Shown here: one piece after another, positions 39,486-53,572 of the stretch | How positions within the stretch are numbered: the first letter of the stretch is position 1 | How the letters are laid out: every line of letters begins with the position of its first letter | Assembly (NCBI RefSeq): GCF_963921235.1 | Contig: NC_086109.1 | Span: forward strand, 14,262,001 to 14,326,000 | Direction: 5' to 3' | Length of the DNA: 64,000 nucleotides | Source: Mobula hypostoma | Lineage: Eukaryota | Made by a program: the position numbers and the translations under genes | The notes under the pieces: model-generated | The model's database searches: none | What the model was told of the DNA's origin: nothing | Seen by the model: the letters and a program-made list of their open reading frames with translations, nothing else

Positions 39486-40080
39486 TATTCGCCAACATGG
39501 AGTGGAGAGTGAGTATGTAAATCGGGCAGGAGAAAAGATTCAAGATTCACAGTACATTATTATTGAAGTATGTATAAATTATACAACATTCAGATTTGCC
39601 TGCTTACAGGCAGCCTCAAAGCAAGAAACCCGAACAAACACAATTTAAAAACATTAAAGACCCACTCCCATTGTGCAGAGAAAGGGAAAAAAAACACAAA
39701 TCATGCAAACATAGAAGCGGGCAACAATGTGGTGGGAATGGTGAGGGTGGAGCGCCAGGGGAGGGGCAAGGGACAGGTGGCAGAGGAGGAGTGCCAGGAG
39801 CGGAGTGGGGGGGTTGTACGGGGTACAGACACACCCAGCCCAGAGACACCAGGCAAGGTCTGATTCCAAACAATGGGTTTATTGATCATCACAGAATACT
39901 CTTTGCTGCTTCCCACTCCCTCCCCCTTTTCCCACACATGACTCCCCTCTCCTTGTCCTCTTCCCACTCTCAGTCCACAATAGAGACCCATATCGGAACC
40001 AGGTTTATCATCACTCACATATGTTATGGAAATTGTTTTTTCTTTCCGGCAGCAGTACAGTGCAATATATAAAACTACTA

Positions 40081-40147
40081 CAGCACAGTGCAAAAGTCTT
40101 AGGAACCCTAGCTAGACATACGTCCCTAAGACTTTTGCACAGTCCTG
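40081..40147. mobile_element. Tc1/mariner-like hairpin mini-MITE (second copy, opposite orientation)
   Basis: cagcacagtgcaaaagtcttagg...cctaagacttttgcacagtcctg, TA on both sides. Confidence 0.75.
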
Positions 40148-40609
40148 TATATGTTAGCTTTGCCAGCTACAGTTTGAAAATTAGTGGGAAAGATCATACT
40201 TGAACTCCAGATTGCAGATTCCACATGGATTCTTTCAAATCTGCAAAGTCGATCTGGATGAATAGTGGGACATATGCCCATCTCTGCTCTCCAAGTAGGT
40301 GAGAAGATTTGGACATTAAGTTGATGCCTTCATCGGGCAGAAGTTGCAGAAACAATCCCTTCAGTCTGTGCATGGTCCACATCCCTCCGCTCCCTGTATA
40401 TTCATGTGCCTATCTAATGATCAGTTTTACTTGTTACACGTGCATCAAAACATCAAAACATACAATTCAATGAAGTCCATCATTTGCATTGACAACCAAC
40501 ACAGTCTGAGGATATGCTGGGGGCAGAACACACTTCCAGTGGCAGCCCAAACGTTTTTGGAATGTGGGGCAAAACCAGAGCACCCGTAAAAATTTGTATT
40601 TGCATTTGA

Positions 40610-41055
40610 GTTTGAATTTGAATTTATTTAGATCTTACATCTGTCCCACAATGTGGGGGACTAAAAATTTTTGTGTCATGACTCCGTTGCAATCTACAGA
40701 CATGTGAACTTACAAGTTTAAAGGCTTGTAGAAAGAAGCTGTCCCGTAGCCTGGGGGACCTGGCTTTAACGCGGTAGTACCGTTTGCCAGACGGAAGCAG
40801 CTGAAACAGTCTATGTTTGGGGTGACTGGTGTCCCTGATGATCTTCCAGCCCTCCTTTCTGCACCTGCTGCGGTGAATGTCCTCGATGGAGGGAAGTTCA
40901 CATCCCAGATGTGCTGGGCTGTCCGTACCACTCTCTGCAGCGCCCAGCGATTAAGGTTGGTGCAGTTCCAGTACCAGGTGGTGATACAGCCAGTCAGGAT
41001 GCTGTCAATGATGCCCTTGTAGAAGGTATTGAGGACTTGGGGGCTCATGCCAAAA
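40610..41055 (-). mobile_element. Rex1/Babar-type LINE 3' fragment
   Basis: ORF 40710-41063 (TFYKGIIDSILTGCITTWY...ALQRVVRTAQHI); (tttgaa)n tail near 40610. Confidence 0.75.
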
Positions 41056-41638
41056 CCCACCATACAGAGAGTGGCAAGAATAGAACCCTGATCTTACGAT
41101 TACTGGTGCCGTAAAGCGTAATACTGACTGCTATGCTACCATGGCCCTCCCCTTGAATGCTAGTATCATATCTGCTTCCACCACTATTCTGACAATGCCA
41201 TCTACCATTCTTTGCGTTAAAAAACTTATCCTGCACAACTCCTTTGTAATTTACTCTTCTCACCTAAAGTTATGCCCTTTAAACTATGAGATTTCAAACC
41301 TGGGAAAAAGAGATTCTGGCTATCTATTGTATCTATGTCTCAAAAAGGTGGCATCTATTATTAACGACCCTCACCAGCCAGGACATGCCCTCTTCTCATT
41401 GCTACCATCAGGGAGGAGGTACAGGAGCCTGAAGACACACACTGACTGTTTTATGAACAGCCTCTTCCTCTCTGCCATCAGATTTCTGAACAGTCCATGA
41501 AGCCACGAACATTACCTCACCATCGTGCTCCCTTTTTGCACTACTTAATTATTTTTTAAATATTTCTTATTGTAACATAGTATTTTTTTAAGTATTGCAC
41601 TGTACTGCTGCTGCAAAACAACAAACTTCATGAAATAT

Positions 41639-41871
41639 TGTGGTAAACCATATATATATAGGTTGTAACTGGGTTACCTGTCTGGACACACCCCTCTGCT
41701 GACTGCCCCTGTGGCTCCTCCCACAGACCCCCAAATAAAGGCGATCGTGCCACTGCTCCTCCCTCAGTCCGGGGCAGATACTCAGCATGGACGTTGGTCC
41801 ATTTACTGTTAATAAAAGCCTTTCAGTATTTACTCTACTTCCAGTCTTTTGGAGTAATTGATAGTGCATCA
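41639..41871 (+). mobile_element. Solo LTR (233 bp)
   Basis: TG...CA termini (tgtggtaaacc...gtgcatca), internal aataaa, near 5-bp TSD aatat/catat; interrupts a LINE 3' tail that resumes as catatgtcagtgataataaacctgatt. Confidence 0.7.
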
Positions 41872-42959
41872 CATATGTCAGTGATAATAAACCTGATTCC
41901 AGTTCGAAAAGCGGGATGTGAAGAAAAGCTTTGTCATGCAGGAAACAACACACACAAAATGCCAGGGGAACTCAGCAGCAGGAGAGGAATAAACAGTCAA
42001 CGTCTCGGGCCAACAGCCTTCGTCAGGACTCAAGGCTTCCAGCATCTACAGAATCTTTTTGTGTGTGTTATTAGCGCAGGAAGTACCTGTGATCTAGTAC
42101 TCACAGTGACAGCACAGTCAGCGATGGTTTTCAAGAGGGCATGGGGTAGACTCCAGGGGTAAAATAATTATCAGGGCTACGTATTGAGAATGGGGTGGAT
42201 GAGGATGACTGGTTTGCTCTGGTAAGAGACTTTATTGATGGGTCTATGCTATAAAAGATCTACAGATCTGTTCCGTATTGCTGGAAAGGCTCACTAAGGT
42301 CTGAAGCAGGGAGACACTTACAGAGACTGTAAGGACAAAAGCCATTATCTGATGAAGGATTATCAATTGGTTCAATGGATTGAATGGGTGAGAGCTTCAA
42401 GGATTTTATTATATTATACAGGTTTAAAAAGGGAAAGGCATATCGTCTACAGTTATTTCCTTCCTCCATAAATGCCTTTATAACTAGAGAAAAACATAAT
42501 TTTAGCATAATTGGAATGTCACTGTAGTGTAGCGGGTTAGCATAATGCTATTACATGCCAGGGACCCAGATTCAACTTCTGACGCTGTCTGTAAGGAGTT
42601 AGTACATTCTACCCGTGTCTGAGTGGGTTTCCTCTGGGTGCTCCATTTTCCTCCCACATTCCAAAGACATTCTGGTTAGTGGGCTAATTGGTCCTATGGG
42701 CGTAACTGGGTGATGCAGGCTGTCTGGGCTGGAAGGGCCTATTATCGTGCTGCATCTCTAAATGAAAATAACCAATGCCGTCTGAGGCACATGATCCATT
42801 CTGACTAAGTTACGCGGTCGGTTAAACAAAAGAGTTACAAAGTTAAAAGTCAAAGTTAGAGACTTGTAAATATAAACCTTCTTTCCTTTGAGAAATTGCG
42901 TCGTTTGATTGTTAACTACACAGAAAGATGTGAGTACAGACTCCTGGTGTGTGGCTCAC

Positions 42960-43082
42960 CCTTTAATCCTGATTTGCCAGTGACCTGCCTTGATCAGCTC
43001 CTGATAGTGGAACTCTCCAGTGTAATAGGAAGGGTCAGTGCCCCCCAGGATAACCTCGCCGCCTGGAGTCTCGTGGGAATCT
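42960..43082 (-). CDS. ren: Renin exon 6
   Basis: Translates (R)DSHETPGGEVILGGTDPSYYTGEFHYQELIKAGHWQIRIK(G); acceptor cacgcag, donor gtgagc; 123 bp, phase 2/2. Confidence 0.92.
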
Positions 43083-44600
43083 CTGCGTGAATCAAGAGCA
43101 CAGACAAAGTTAATAAAAACCCGCGAGGTAACAGGAAAGAAGGAACCAAGGAAAAGGTGGAGAGGGGTGAAGGAAATCTTAGAACATAGAACATACATCA
43201 CACAACAGACCTTTCGGCCCACAGATTAATCTAACCCTTCCCTCCGATATGGCCCTCCATTTTTCGGTTATCTAAGTGCCTACTTAAGAGTTTCTAAAAT
43301 ACCCCTAATGTATCTGCCTCTACCACCAGCCCTCACATAAGTTCCACGCACCTACCAGTCTCTGTGTAAAAAAACTTGCCTCCGCTATCCCTCCAGTGCT
43401 TTCTTCAGCCACCTTAAGATGATGCCTCCTTCACTAGTCAATTCTGCTCTGGGAAAAAGTCTCTGGTTACCCAGCCGATCTATGCCTCTTAACATCTGTA
43501 TCAACGTATCCCACAAAATCAACCTCTTCACTTAGGATGGCATCTGGTCAATCATTCTGTGACTGTCCAGGGCGAGCCATTAAGTTGACCAAAATACACA
43601 GAATAATATCTGATTTAGGTAATACAGGTGTAACTCTTAGACATAACCCTAAAGGTTTTAGCACAGTCATAGAATGATAGAGTACAGAAACCAGCCCTTT
43701 GGCCCATCTAGTCCATGCTAGACTGTTATTCTGTCTCATACAAAGAACTCACACTTGGAGAGTCGCCCTCCATACCCCTCCCATCCATTTACTTTACACT
43801 GGGGTCCTGATGAAGGGTTCTGGCCCAAAACGATGATTGTTTATTCCTCTCCATAGATGCTGCCTGACCTGTTGAATTCTCAGCATTTTGTGTGAGTGAT
43901 GCTCTGGAATTTCAGCATCTGCAGGATCTCTTGTGTTTATGTACTTAACCAAACTTCTCTTAAACGTTGCAATTGAACTCGTATTCCCCCGCTTCCACTG
44001 GCACACCAACACAACCCTCTGAGTAAATAAGTTTCCTTTCGGGTTCCCTTTAAATATTTCACCTCTCACCCTTAACCTACAACCTTCAGTTCTAATCTTA
44101 CACAACCTCAGTGGAAAAATCCTCCTTGCATTTATCTTATGTATGCCCCTTAATTTTAGTATGCGTCTATCAAATCTCTGCTCATTCTCCAGAGAATAAA
44201 GCCCTCACCTATTCAAACTTTCCTGATAATTCAGGTCCTCAAATTCGGACAAGATCCTCGTAAGATTTCTCTGTACTCTTTCAGTCTTATATGACCTCCA
44301 GTCACCCCTTTCCCAAAGACGATAATGGACACCGCCCTCATGGCTGCTGACTTCAAATGCTGAATGGGTACCGACCAGGTTCAAACTTCAAAGTAAATTT
44401 AATATCAAAGTAAATATACCTCACCATATGCAACCCTAAGATTCATTTTCTTGTGGTCTTTCACAGTCGAGTAAGAAAATACAATAGAATCAATGAAAAA
44501 CTCATTCTTGGGTGATAAAAATTAAAAATCATTCAAGCATCCTAATTTTTCTATTATCTCTTTTTATAATTATAACAGTAAACAATGGACTTTTATGTGT

Positions 44601-45202
44601 TCGGCGGGAGGAGAAGATGGCAGCTCTCCGGTGAAAATGATATTGTATCTGTTAAATAGGGGCCGTGGACAATTCTGATTTGATGGAGACAGACGCGAAA
44701 GCACAGAGGAACATCTGGAGAAATTTCTGAAACGCCCATTCGCTGCTGTCGTTACTGTGTGGTCATGAATCTTTTGGAGGTAGGCCTCTAAACCCCCGGC
44801 CTTGCCTGCTTTTGGCGACCGAGAAGGAGGTTGAATCGTTCGGACAGAGATGGTGCTCAGTACTCGGTGTCGGAGAGCTGATCAGAGCTCGAAGTTTTCA
44901 GATGACTCAGAGTCGGATTGTGGTCAGCATGGCAGGGAGAGTTTTTCTTTCCTCTCCCATCTGCATGAGATGTGGGACATTTGAGAAACTTTGAACTTTA
45001 CTGTGTTCACGGACTTCTTCATCAAGTTATGGTATTGTTACACTGTTTGTAACCATATGTTATAATTATGTGGTTTTGTCAGTTTTTTCAGTCTTGGTCT
45101 GTCCTGTGTTTTGTGATATCACACTGGAGGAAATAATGTATCATTTCTTAATGCATGCATTACTAAATGACAATAAAAGAGGACTGCGTGTCCTCATAAT
45201 CA
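44601..45202 (+). mobile_element. Non-coding ~600-bp interspersed element (probable non-autonomous retroposon)
   Basis: GC-rich head ggcgggaggagaagatggc; 3' end ...actaaatgacaataaaagaggactgcgtgtcctcataatc shared with the insert at 5761-5833. Confidence 0.6.
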
Positions 45203-47305
45203 TAGTAGTGATCACGGAGATTTGGTTACTGATGCTGGGCAACAGGTAGGGAAAATAGAGAATTGCTTTTTATTAGTTTCAACATGGGAATCTTCTTGTT
45301 CACAGCACTGAAACTCACACTAATCGATTTATGGTTGAATAAGCGCATCTCTGATCTAAAAGCAATGAAGCTCATTCCTTGCTTCTGCTTCTTGCATGAC
45401 TTCACCCTCAGCTTGCATGCCTTTGCATCTCACACGCTAGCCTCCCGGACGTGCCGTCCAATGCTCACGTTGGTCTATCAACCTGCCTCCTCTCTACACT
45501 GTCCCAAACACAAAGAGATGCTGGAAGTCCAGAGCAACACACCACAAAATGCCGGGGGAGCTCAGCAGGCCAGGCTGCATCTGTGGAAAGGAATAGGGGA
45601 TCAATGTTTCGGGCAGAGACCGCTCATCAAGCCTCATCCTGTTACAATGAACCCCTCCGTTACCCTAATGCTTGTGACAAGCTCCTCCCCCACTCATCTT
45701 TCACATTATCTCTCAATTCCATCTCCTCATTGCTCCATTTCAGTGATATCCCCTCCCCTTTTTCTTAATCCTATTTTTACCATAATTCCAGTATAAACTT
45801 ATGGAGTCTTACATCACAGAACTGGACTCTTCCGCCCATTTGGTCCATGCCAACCAAGATGCCCATCTAAACTAGTCCCGCTTGCCTACGTTTGGCCCAT
45901 TTCCCTCTACACCTTTCCTATCTGTGTATCTGTCCAAGTGCCTTTTAAAGATCATAATGTTTAAAGATTAGTTTAATTAGTCACATTGAAACATTCAGCG
46001 ATATGCACTGTTTCCGTCAAATCAAATCAGCGAGGATTGTTCTGGGCAACATCGTCTCCCTTGCAGCACCAACACAGCGTGCCCATGACTCATTAATCCG
46101 AAACGTACATCTTTGGAATGTGGGAAGGCACTGGAGCCCCCGGAGGAAACCCACATGGTCATGGGGAGAATGTATAAACTCCTCAACCGCAGTGGCGGGG
46201 TTTGAGCCACGATCTTACAGCTGTAAGATGGCAGTAGTGTATTCCTCCAACTGCTTACAGGTGGTTAATGTTCCTGCTTCAACCATTTCCTCTGGCAGCT
46301 CGTTTTATGTTCAGACCACTCTCTGGATGAAAGCGTTGTCCCTCAGGTTCCAATTAAATCTGTCCCCTCTCACCCTAAACTATGGTGTCTAATTCGTTGA
46401 TTTCCCAATCCTGGGAAATCGATTGTGCCCATCATCCCGGATCACTCATTTGCAGATTGCCTATTTCTCCATGAGCTCAGCTGTTTGTTTAACATTGCAT
46501 TTTCACTTCCCTTTCATACAACAGGTTGGTATTGGAGATGGGTTTGCTGTGGTATCGTCACATGTACCCAGCCACAGTGAAAAGTTTTTGTTTTGCAAAC
46601 CACCCAGACAGACCATGTCAAAAACACAAGAGATTCTGCAGATGCTTCGAATCTTGGACAATACACACACATAAAATGCTGGAGGAACTTGGTAGGTCAG
46701 GTGGCATCTATGGAGGGGAATAAACAGTTGAAGTTTTGGGCTGAGACCCTTTGCCAGGACTGAAAATGAAGGGGGAAGAAGCCAAAATAAGAAGGTGGGG
46801 GGAGGGGAAGAATCATGAGCTGGAATGTGATAGGTGAGACCAGGTGAAGGGGAAGGTGTGTGGATGGGGAGGTGTGGAAAGGTTCAAGCTGGAAGATCAT
46901 AGCTAGAAGAGGTAAAGGGTTGAAAAAGAAGGAATCTGATAGGAGAGGAGAAAGGACCTCTCCTATTAGATATACATACTGTAACATTGAACTTTCCCCA
47001 AAGATACCCCTGAACGCTACCCTTCATTTCCTGATCTCTTTAACCCCAAATGCCCTGACACGTTATCCTTCCCCTAAAAATCTACTCAGTTAAGACCCTG
47101 TTGCCAAAGAATAGAAGACCCCACCTACCAAGACACTATCCTGCCAAGACTTACTGCAACTTGCCATATCTCAAAATGATGTCACTTTATCCTCCCGCTA
47201 TGAAATTTCTCTCAACGTCTCCCTTCTTCACATTACACACCACACCAGATCCTGTTATTCGTCCCCACCTCCCTGTTAAGCTGATCAGGAAGTGGGTGGT
47301 CCCAC

Positions 47306-47502
47306 CTGTTGTAATAAACAGAGAAGACGTCTTCACTGAGGACATGTTGGTCCAGGATTCTTTCAAACACTGGTTTGATGTCATCGATGGCAATGGTCCT
47401 GAATCCCAGCCCCAGGACACCATCAAACTTGGCGAAGATGAAAGGTATCGCAGGCAACGAGGTGGCCTCGGCAAAAAGCTGGATAACTGGGATATTGGCC
47501 AC
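47306..47502 (-). CDS. ren: Renin exon 5
   Basis: Translates VANIPVIQLFAEATSLPAIPFIFAKFDGVLGLGFRTIAIDDIKPVFERILDQHVLSEDVFSVYYN(R); acceptor tttggtag, donor gtggga; 197 bp, phase 0/2. Confidence 0.93.
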
Positions 47503-48654
47503 CTACCAAACAAAAGAAAGCGATCTTTTGAGGTCAAAGGCCAAGTCGGGTTTTTTTGGCAGATGCCCAAGTGAATGCACACACAGGCACAGTGAAAAGC
47601 TTCCCTGCAACAGCATCACAGGTAAATGGCATCAGATTAGCTGCGTTCACAAGAAAAGCATAAATTAAACATAAATGCACACATTTTGTACAAGAAAGAA
47701 CACAATTAGAACAAAAAAATACGTAATAGTACAAAGTGATCAAAGTGGTCATAGAGCGGTTAAACTGCAGTGATTAGGGTGGTGCCAGTTGGTTCAAGAA
47801 GGCAGTTAGCTGGTCTTCAGCCTGGTGGAGTGGGACTTTGAGTTTCTGTAACTCCTGCCCAAAGGTAACTGTGAGAACCCTGAGAACCTGGCATGGCCTG
47901 GATGGCAGGGTTTAGAAGAATGAGAGGTGACCTTATTGAAACAGCTATGATTATTAAAGGGATTCAAAGTTCAAAGTAAGTTTATTATCAAAGTACATAT
48001 ATGTTACCACATTCAATCCTGAGATTCATTTTCTTGTGGGCATATTTAATAAATCCAATAACCATAATACAATGATGAAAGGCAGCACCCAACAAGGAGG
48101 ACAACCAGCGTGCAAAAGACAACAAACTGCGCAAATACAAAATAAATAATAAATAAACAAACAAACAGTCAGATAGATAGATAGATACCGAGAACAAGAG
48201 ATGAAGATGAAGAATCCTTAAAAATGAGTCCATAGTGTTGGAAACCCTATAATACCTTCTTATAGGATTTGTATTTTTTAACAAACTCGTGTAGTTTTTG
48301 CACTCACTGGCAGAAAGCAGTATAGTAGCTAAACTAACGATTTAGCTTTCTCAATTTTATTTCTCATTTTTCTCGTTTTTCATTGGCTAAGTATTAGCAC
48401 ATTACCTATATAATGTAATTGTTTTAATTATGTAGCCTATTAACTAATTTATCACTAACTAAGGAATTTCCTTTGTCTTATCTATAAAAGTTTCAGATTT
48501 TTCAGAAGCGCCATCTTTATTCCTTTGTCATTCCCCTCTTGGCATAGTTTCTCAGTTCTTCATTTAGTTTGCTAAATATTTGTATGTTTGTTTCTACTCT
48601 AAATTATTTTTCATCATTAAGACTGCTCACCACTTTTGACTCCTGGAAGAATCC

Positions 48655-49720
48655 TAAGGATCAGAGATCCAACAATAGGTTGTGATGGGGCTAGTAAAGT
48701 TGAATGAAGATCCTGATGGCTGACGGGTAGTAACTGTTCCTAAAACTGGTGGTGTGAGTCCTGAGGCTCCTGTACCTTCTTCCTGATGGCAGCAGTGAGA
48801 AGAGAGCATGACATGGATGGTGAGGATTTCTAATTTCCTGTGACAATGCTCCATGTAGATGTGCTTGACGTTGAAGAGGGCTGTACCCATGATGGACTAG
48901 GCTGTATCCATTACTTTTTGTAGGATTTTCTGTTCAAGAGCATCGGTGTTTCCATAGTAGGCTGAGATGCAGCCAGTCAATATACTGTCCACAACACATC
49001 TGTGGAAGTTTGTCAAAGTTTTCGATGTCATGTTGTATGTTTGCAAACTCCTAAGGAAGTGAAGACACAGCCATGTTTTCTTTGTAATTGCACTTACGTG
49101 TTGGGCCCAGGACAGGTCCTCTGAGATGAGGAATTGAAAGTTGCTGACCATCTTCACCTCTGGTACTCCAGTGAGGGCAAGCTCATTGACCTCCAGTTTC
49201 TTCCTCTTGAAGTCAATAATCAGCTCCTTAGTCTTGCTGACATTGATTGAGAGGCTATTGTGTGGTAGCAGTCAGACAGATTTCAATCTCCCTCCTGTAT
49301 GCTACTTCATCACCACCTTTCATTCAGCCAGCAAAAGTGGTTGTCATCAGCAAACTTGAATATGGCATTGGAGCTATGTTTAGCCACACAATCATTAATA
49401 CAAAGTGAGTAGAGCAGGGGGCTAAGCACACAGCCTTGTGGTGCACCTATGCTGATGGAGACCGTAGAGGAGATGTTGTTGCTAATCTGAACTGATTCAG
49501 ATCTACAAGTGAGGAAATCAAGGATCCAATTGCATATGAAGGTATTGAGGCCAAGGTCTTGAAGCTTATTGATTTGTTTTGAGGGGATGATAGAATTGAA
49601 TGCTGAGCCGTAGTCGATAAAGAGCAATTGATATATGCACCTTTGCTCTCCAAGTGTTCCAGCCTTGAATGAAGAGCTAATAAGATGGCACCTGCTGTGG
49701 ACCTGTTGTGCCGGTAGGCA
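48655..49720 (-). mobile_element. Decayed Rex1/Babar-type RT fragment
   Basis: [48 protein letters not shown]. Confidence 0.85.
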
Positions 49721-50024
49721 AATTGTAGGTGGGTGTTTTATTTATTTAGAGATACAGCATGGTACCAGGCCCTTCTGGACCAACAAGTTCACACCACCCA
49801 GTTACAGCCATGTGACCAATTAACCTAATAATTCTACGTCTTTGGAATCTGTGAGGAAACCAGAACAACTGGAAGATACCCAGGTGGTAATGGGGAGAAC
49901 GTATGAAGTCCTTACAGACAGTGGTGGGAATTGAACCCAGGTCACTGACACTGTCATAACATCACACTAACTGCTGCTCTAGTATATAGTTTCTATATAA
50001 TTTCATAAGACTATAAGGCATAGG

Positions 50025-50343
50025 TGGGCACGTGGCCAAGTGGTTAAGGCATTGGACTAGCGACCTGAAGGCCATGAGTTCGAGCCCCAGCCAAGGGAAT
50101 GTGTTGTGTCCTTGAGCAAGGTACTTAATCACACATTGCTCTGCGATGACACATTGCTCTGTGGTGCCAAGCTGTATGGGTCCTAATGCCTTTCCCTTGG
50201 ACAACATTGGTGTCGTGGAGAGGGGAGACTTGCAGCATGGGCAACTGCTGGTCTTCCATACAACCTTGCCCAGGCCTGCGCCCTGGAGAGTGAAGACTTT
50301 CCAGGTGCAGATCCATGGTCTCGCAAGACTAACGGATGCCTTA
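50025..50343 (+). mobile_element. tRNA-derived SINE with CORE-like segment
   Basis: A-box tggccaagtgg, B-box gagttcgagccc, then tgtgtccttgagcaaggtacttaa; 13-bp TSD with one mismatch (tataaggcatagg 50012-50024 / tataaggtatagg 50344-50356); inserted in a CR1 tail. Confidence 0.8.
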
Positions 50344-51617
50344 TATAAGGTATAGGAGCAGAATTAGGCCGTATGGCCCACAGTATTTCCCCCGCCATTT
50401 CATCATGGCTGATTTGTTGTCCCTCTCAACCACACTCCCCTGGCTTCTCCCCATAACCTCTGCCACCCTGATTAATCAAGAACCTATCAACATGCACCTT
50501 AAATATACCCAAATACTTGGCCTGCACAGCCAACTGTGACGATGAATTGCACGGATTCACCACTTTCTGGCTAAAGAAATTTTGTCCATCTCTGTTTTAA
50601 ATGGACAGCATTCAATTTTGAGGCTGTTCCCTCTGGTCTTAAACTCCCCCACTATAGGAAACATCCTTCCAATGTCCCACTCCATCCAGACTTTTCAATG
50701 TTCAATAGGTTTCAATGAGATCTCCCCCCGCCCATTCTTCTAAACTCCAGCGAGTACAGGCCAAGAGCCATTAAAATCTCCTCATATGTTAACCCATATA
50801 TGTTTCCATGTGTAGTACACAGTTCCCACTTACACTGGCTGGAGATTCTAATCATAATCTCAGCACGAAATGGAGCTGGGAAGAAAGTTCATCCCTCAGG
50901 GATCCTTATTTTGTCAGGGCATGAAGGGATATGGGGAGAAGGGAGGAGACTGGGGCTGAGAGGGAAAATAGTTCAGCCATAATGAAATGGTGGAGCATAA
51001 CTGATGGTCTTATGGAACAGTAGATCTCAGGAATTTTCTACCTCAGTTTCTGTGGGGGTGGAGTCAGATTGAAAATCAAAATCTAAACAGAAAATCAATG
51101 TACTGTAGGTCATTCATCTGAAATGCTTGTTATATTTCTCTCTCTACACAAGGGCCAGCCAACCTGCTTAGTATTTCCTGTAGGAGATGCCTTAACCTCA
51201 GTCTTTAAATGACTCTGTTTTCTGCTTTTGTAAGATGGAGGTTAGGTTGTTTTGTGTCCACTGAGGATTTGCCCTTGAAGAGAAAATCCTAGAAAAATTA
51301 GTGGATACAGCCCTGTCCATCACGAGTAAAGTCCTCCCCGCCATTGAGCACATCCATATGGAGCGGTGTTGCAGGAAAGCTGCATCCATCATCAGGGATC
51401 CCCATCTCCCAGGACATGTTCTTTTCAGGAAGGAGGTACGGGAGCCTCAGGACTCACACCACCAGGTTCAGGAACCATTATTACCCCTCAACCATCAGCC
51501 TCTTGAACCAAGGGGGATAACTTCACTCAACTCATTTGTCCCGTCACCGAAGTGTTCCCACAACTTGTGGATTCACTTTCAAGGACTCTTCATCTCAGGT
51601 TCTCAACATTTATTGCT

Positions 51618-51653
<36 letters not shown>

Positions 51654-53572
51654 TTGTATCTGCACAGCTTGTTGTCTGCCCTACTGGGTGTGGTCTTTCA
51701 TTGACTCTATTATGGCTATTGAACTTATTGAGTATGCCCACATATGTACTCTGATAATTACTTTGTAGTTTGAACTTTTGAATCAAGGATATGGTGACTG
51801 GGCAGGAAGTTATTGATGAAGACGGCAAATTATCATTTAACCGATGGAATAGGATCAAAGAGCAGAGAAGCCTACGCCTTTTGCTTCTACGTTGTAATTT
51901 TTTGAGCAAGGGTTGGTGGTACTTCAGCCAAGCCCCAGAGGCTAGAGTAGGGACAGGAGCAGAGATACATGAACACTGGTGGGTTCTGGATGAGGAAACT
52001 GTTTTGTCTCCAATGTCTGCATTAATATCCCTCCTGTCCCAAGCTGTTCAAAGCTCCTCAAATCCTGTTGTGGACAATGGAGCCATGGACTGGTCAAAGC
52101 TGCACATCTAGTCTGGTCCATTTTGCCTGCGTTTGGCTCACATCCCTCTAAAAGTTTCATATCCGATTATCTTTTAAATGCTGTTGTACTCCCATCAACC
52201 ACGTCCTCATTCCATATACACACCACACTCCCTACAAAGGAATTACCCCTCAAGTCCCTTTTAAATTTGCTCCTCTCCGCTCAGAGTTCTATAGCCTTTA
52301 CTTTTTGACTCCTTTTCCCAGGGAAAAAGACAGTGTATTTATCGTGTCAAAGCTCCTGTAAGTCCACCCTTGGGTCTCCTAAACTGATGTCCAAGTCTCC
52401 GCAGCCTCCCCCAGTAACTCCAGCCCTCAAGTCCTGGAGGCATTCTCGTAAATATTCTGTGTACCCTGTCCAACTTAAATATTCTTTTCACTCTTTCCAG
52501 CCTATTCTTTGTGTTAATGTGTCAAAATGATCAAAGTTCAAAGTAAGTTTATTCTTAAAGTACCTATGTGCCACCATATAGGGTACTACCCTGGGATTCA
52601 TTTTCTTGCAGTCATTCACAGTAGATACAAAGAAACACAATCGAATTAATGACAAACTACACACAAGTAAAGATGGACAATTATTCTGGTTATCAGGAAA
52701 TAGAGTGACAAGGAGACTTCATAGGGTCATAGAACACTACAGCACAGAAGAAACAAGCCCTTCGGCCCATCAAGTCCATGCCAGACTGTTATTCTGCCAA
52801 GTCCCATTGACCCACATGTGGACCGTAGCTCTCCATACACTTATCCAAACCTCTCTTGGATGTTGCATTTGAAACTGAATCCATCACTTCCACCGGCAAC
52901 TCGTCCCACACTCGCACCACTCTCTGAGTGAAGAAATTCCCCTCAGCTTCCCCTTAAATATTTCAGCTTTCACCCTTAATCCATGACCTCTAGTTGCAGT
53001 CTTACTCAAGTTCAATAGAAAAAGCCTGCTTGCATTGACCCCATCTATACTCCTCACAAATTTGTATACATCTATCAAATCTTCTCTCATTCTCCTATGC
53101 TCCAGGGAAAAATATGCCAACCTTTCCCTATAACTCAAGATCCTCACTATAAATTATTGTTCTGCTCATGTTCAATATTACAATTCAGATCCCTTTGCAC
53201 ATTAATAGGGCAGTTCTTTTCACTGAAGGACAGATCCTACTGACCAACACCTTCCCTCAGACAGTGGTGCAAGTGTGGAACAAGCTGCCAGTAGAACCTG
53301 TAGATGCAGGTTCAATTGTAATATTTAAGAGAAATTTGAATAGTTACATAAATGAGAGGGGTTTGGAGAAACATGGTCCAAGTGCGGGTGGATGGGATTA
53401 GGCAGAAGATTAGGTCAACATGGACTAGATGGGCCGAAGGGCCTGTTTCTGGGCCGTGTTCTCTATAACCCTCTACCTCAGTGGTCCCTGGCCACACAGT
53501 GAGCAATCCTGAATTAAGAGCATTTGTTAATGATAAATTTAACCTTTACTTTTAAAGATGAATGTTTCTCAC

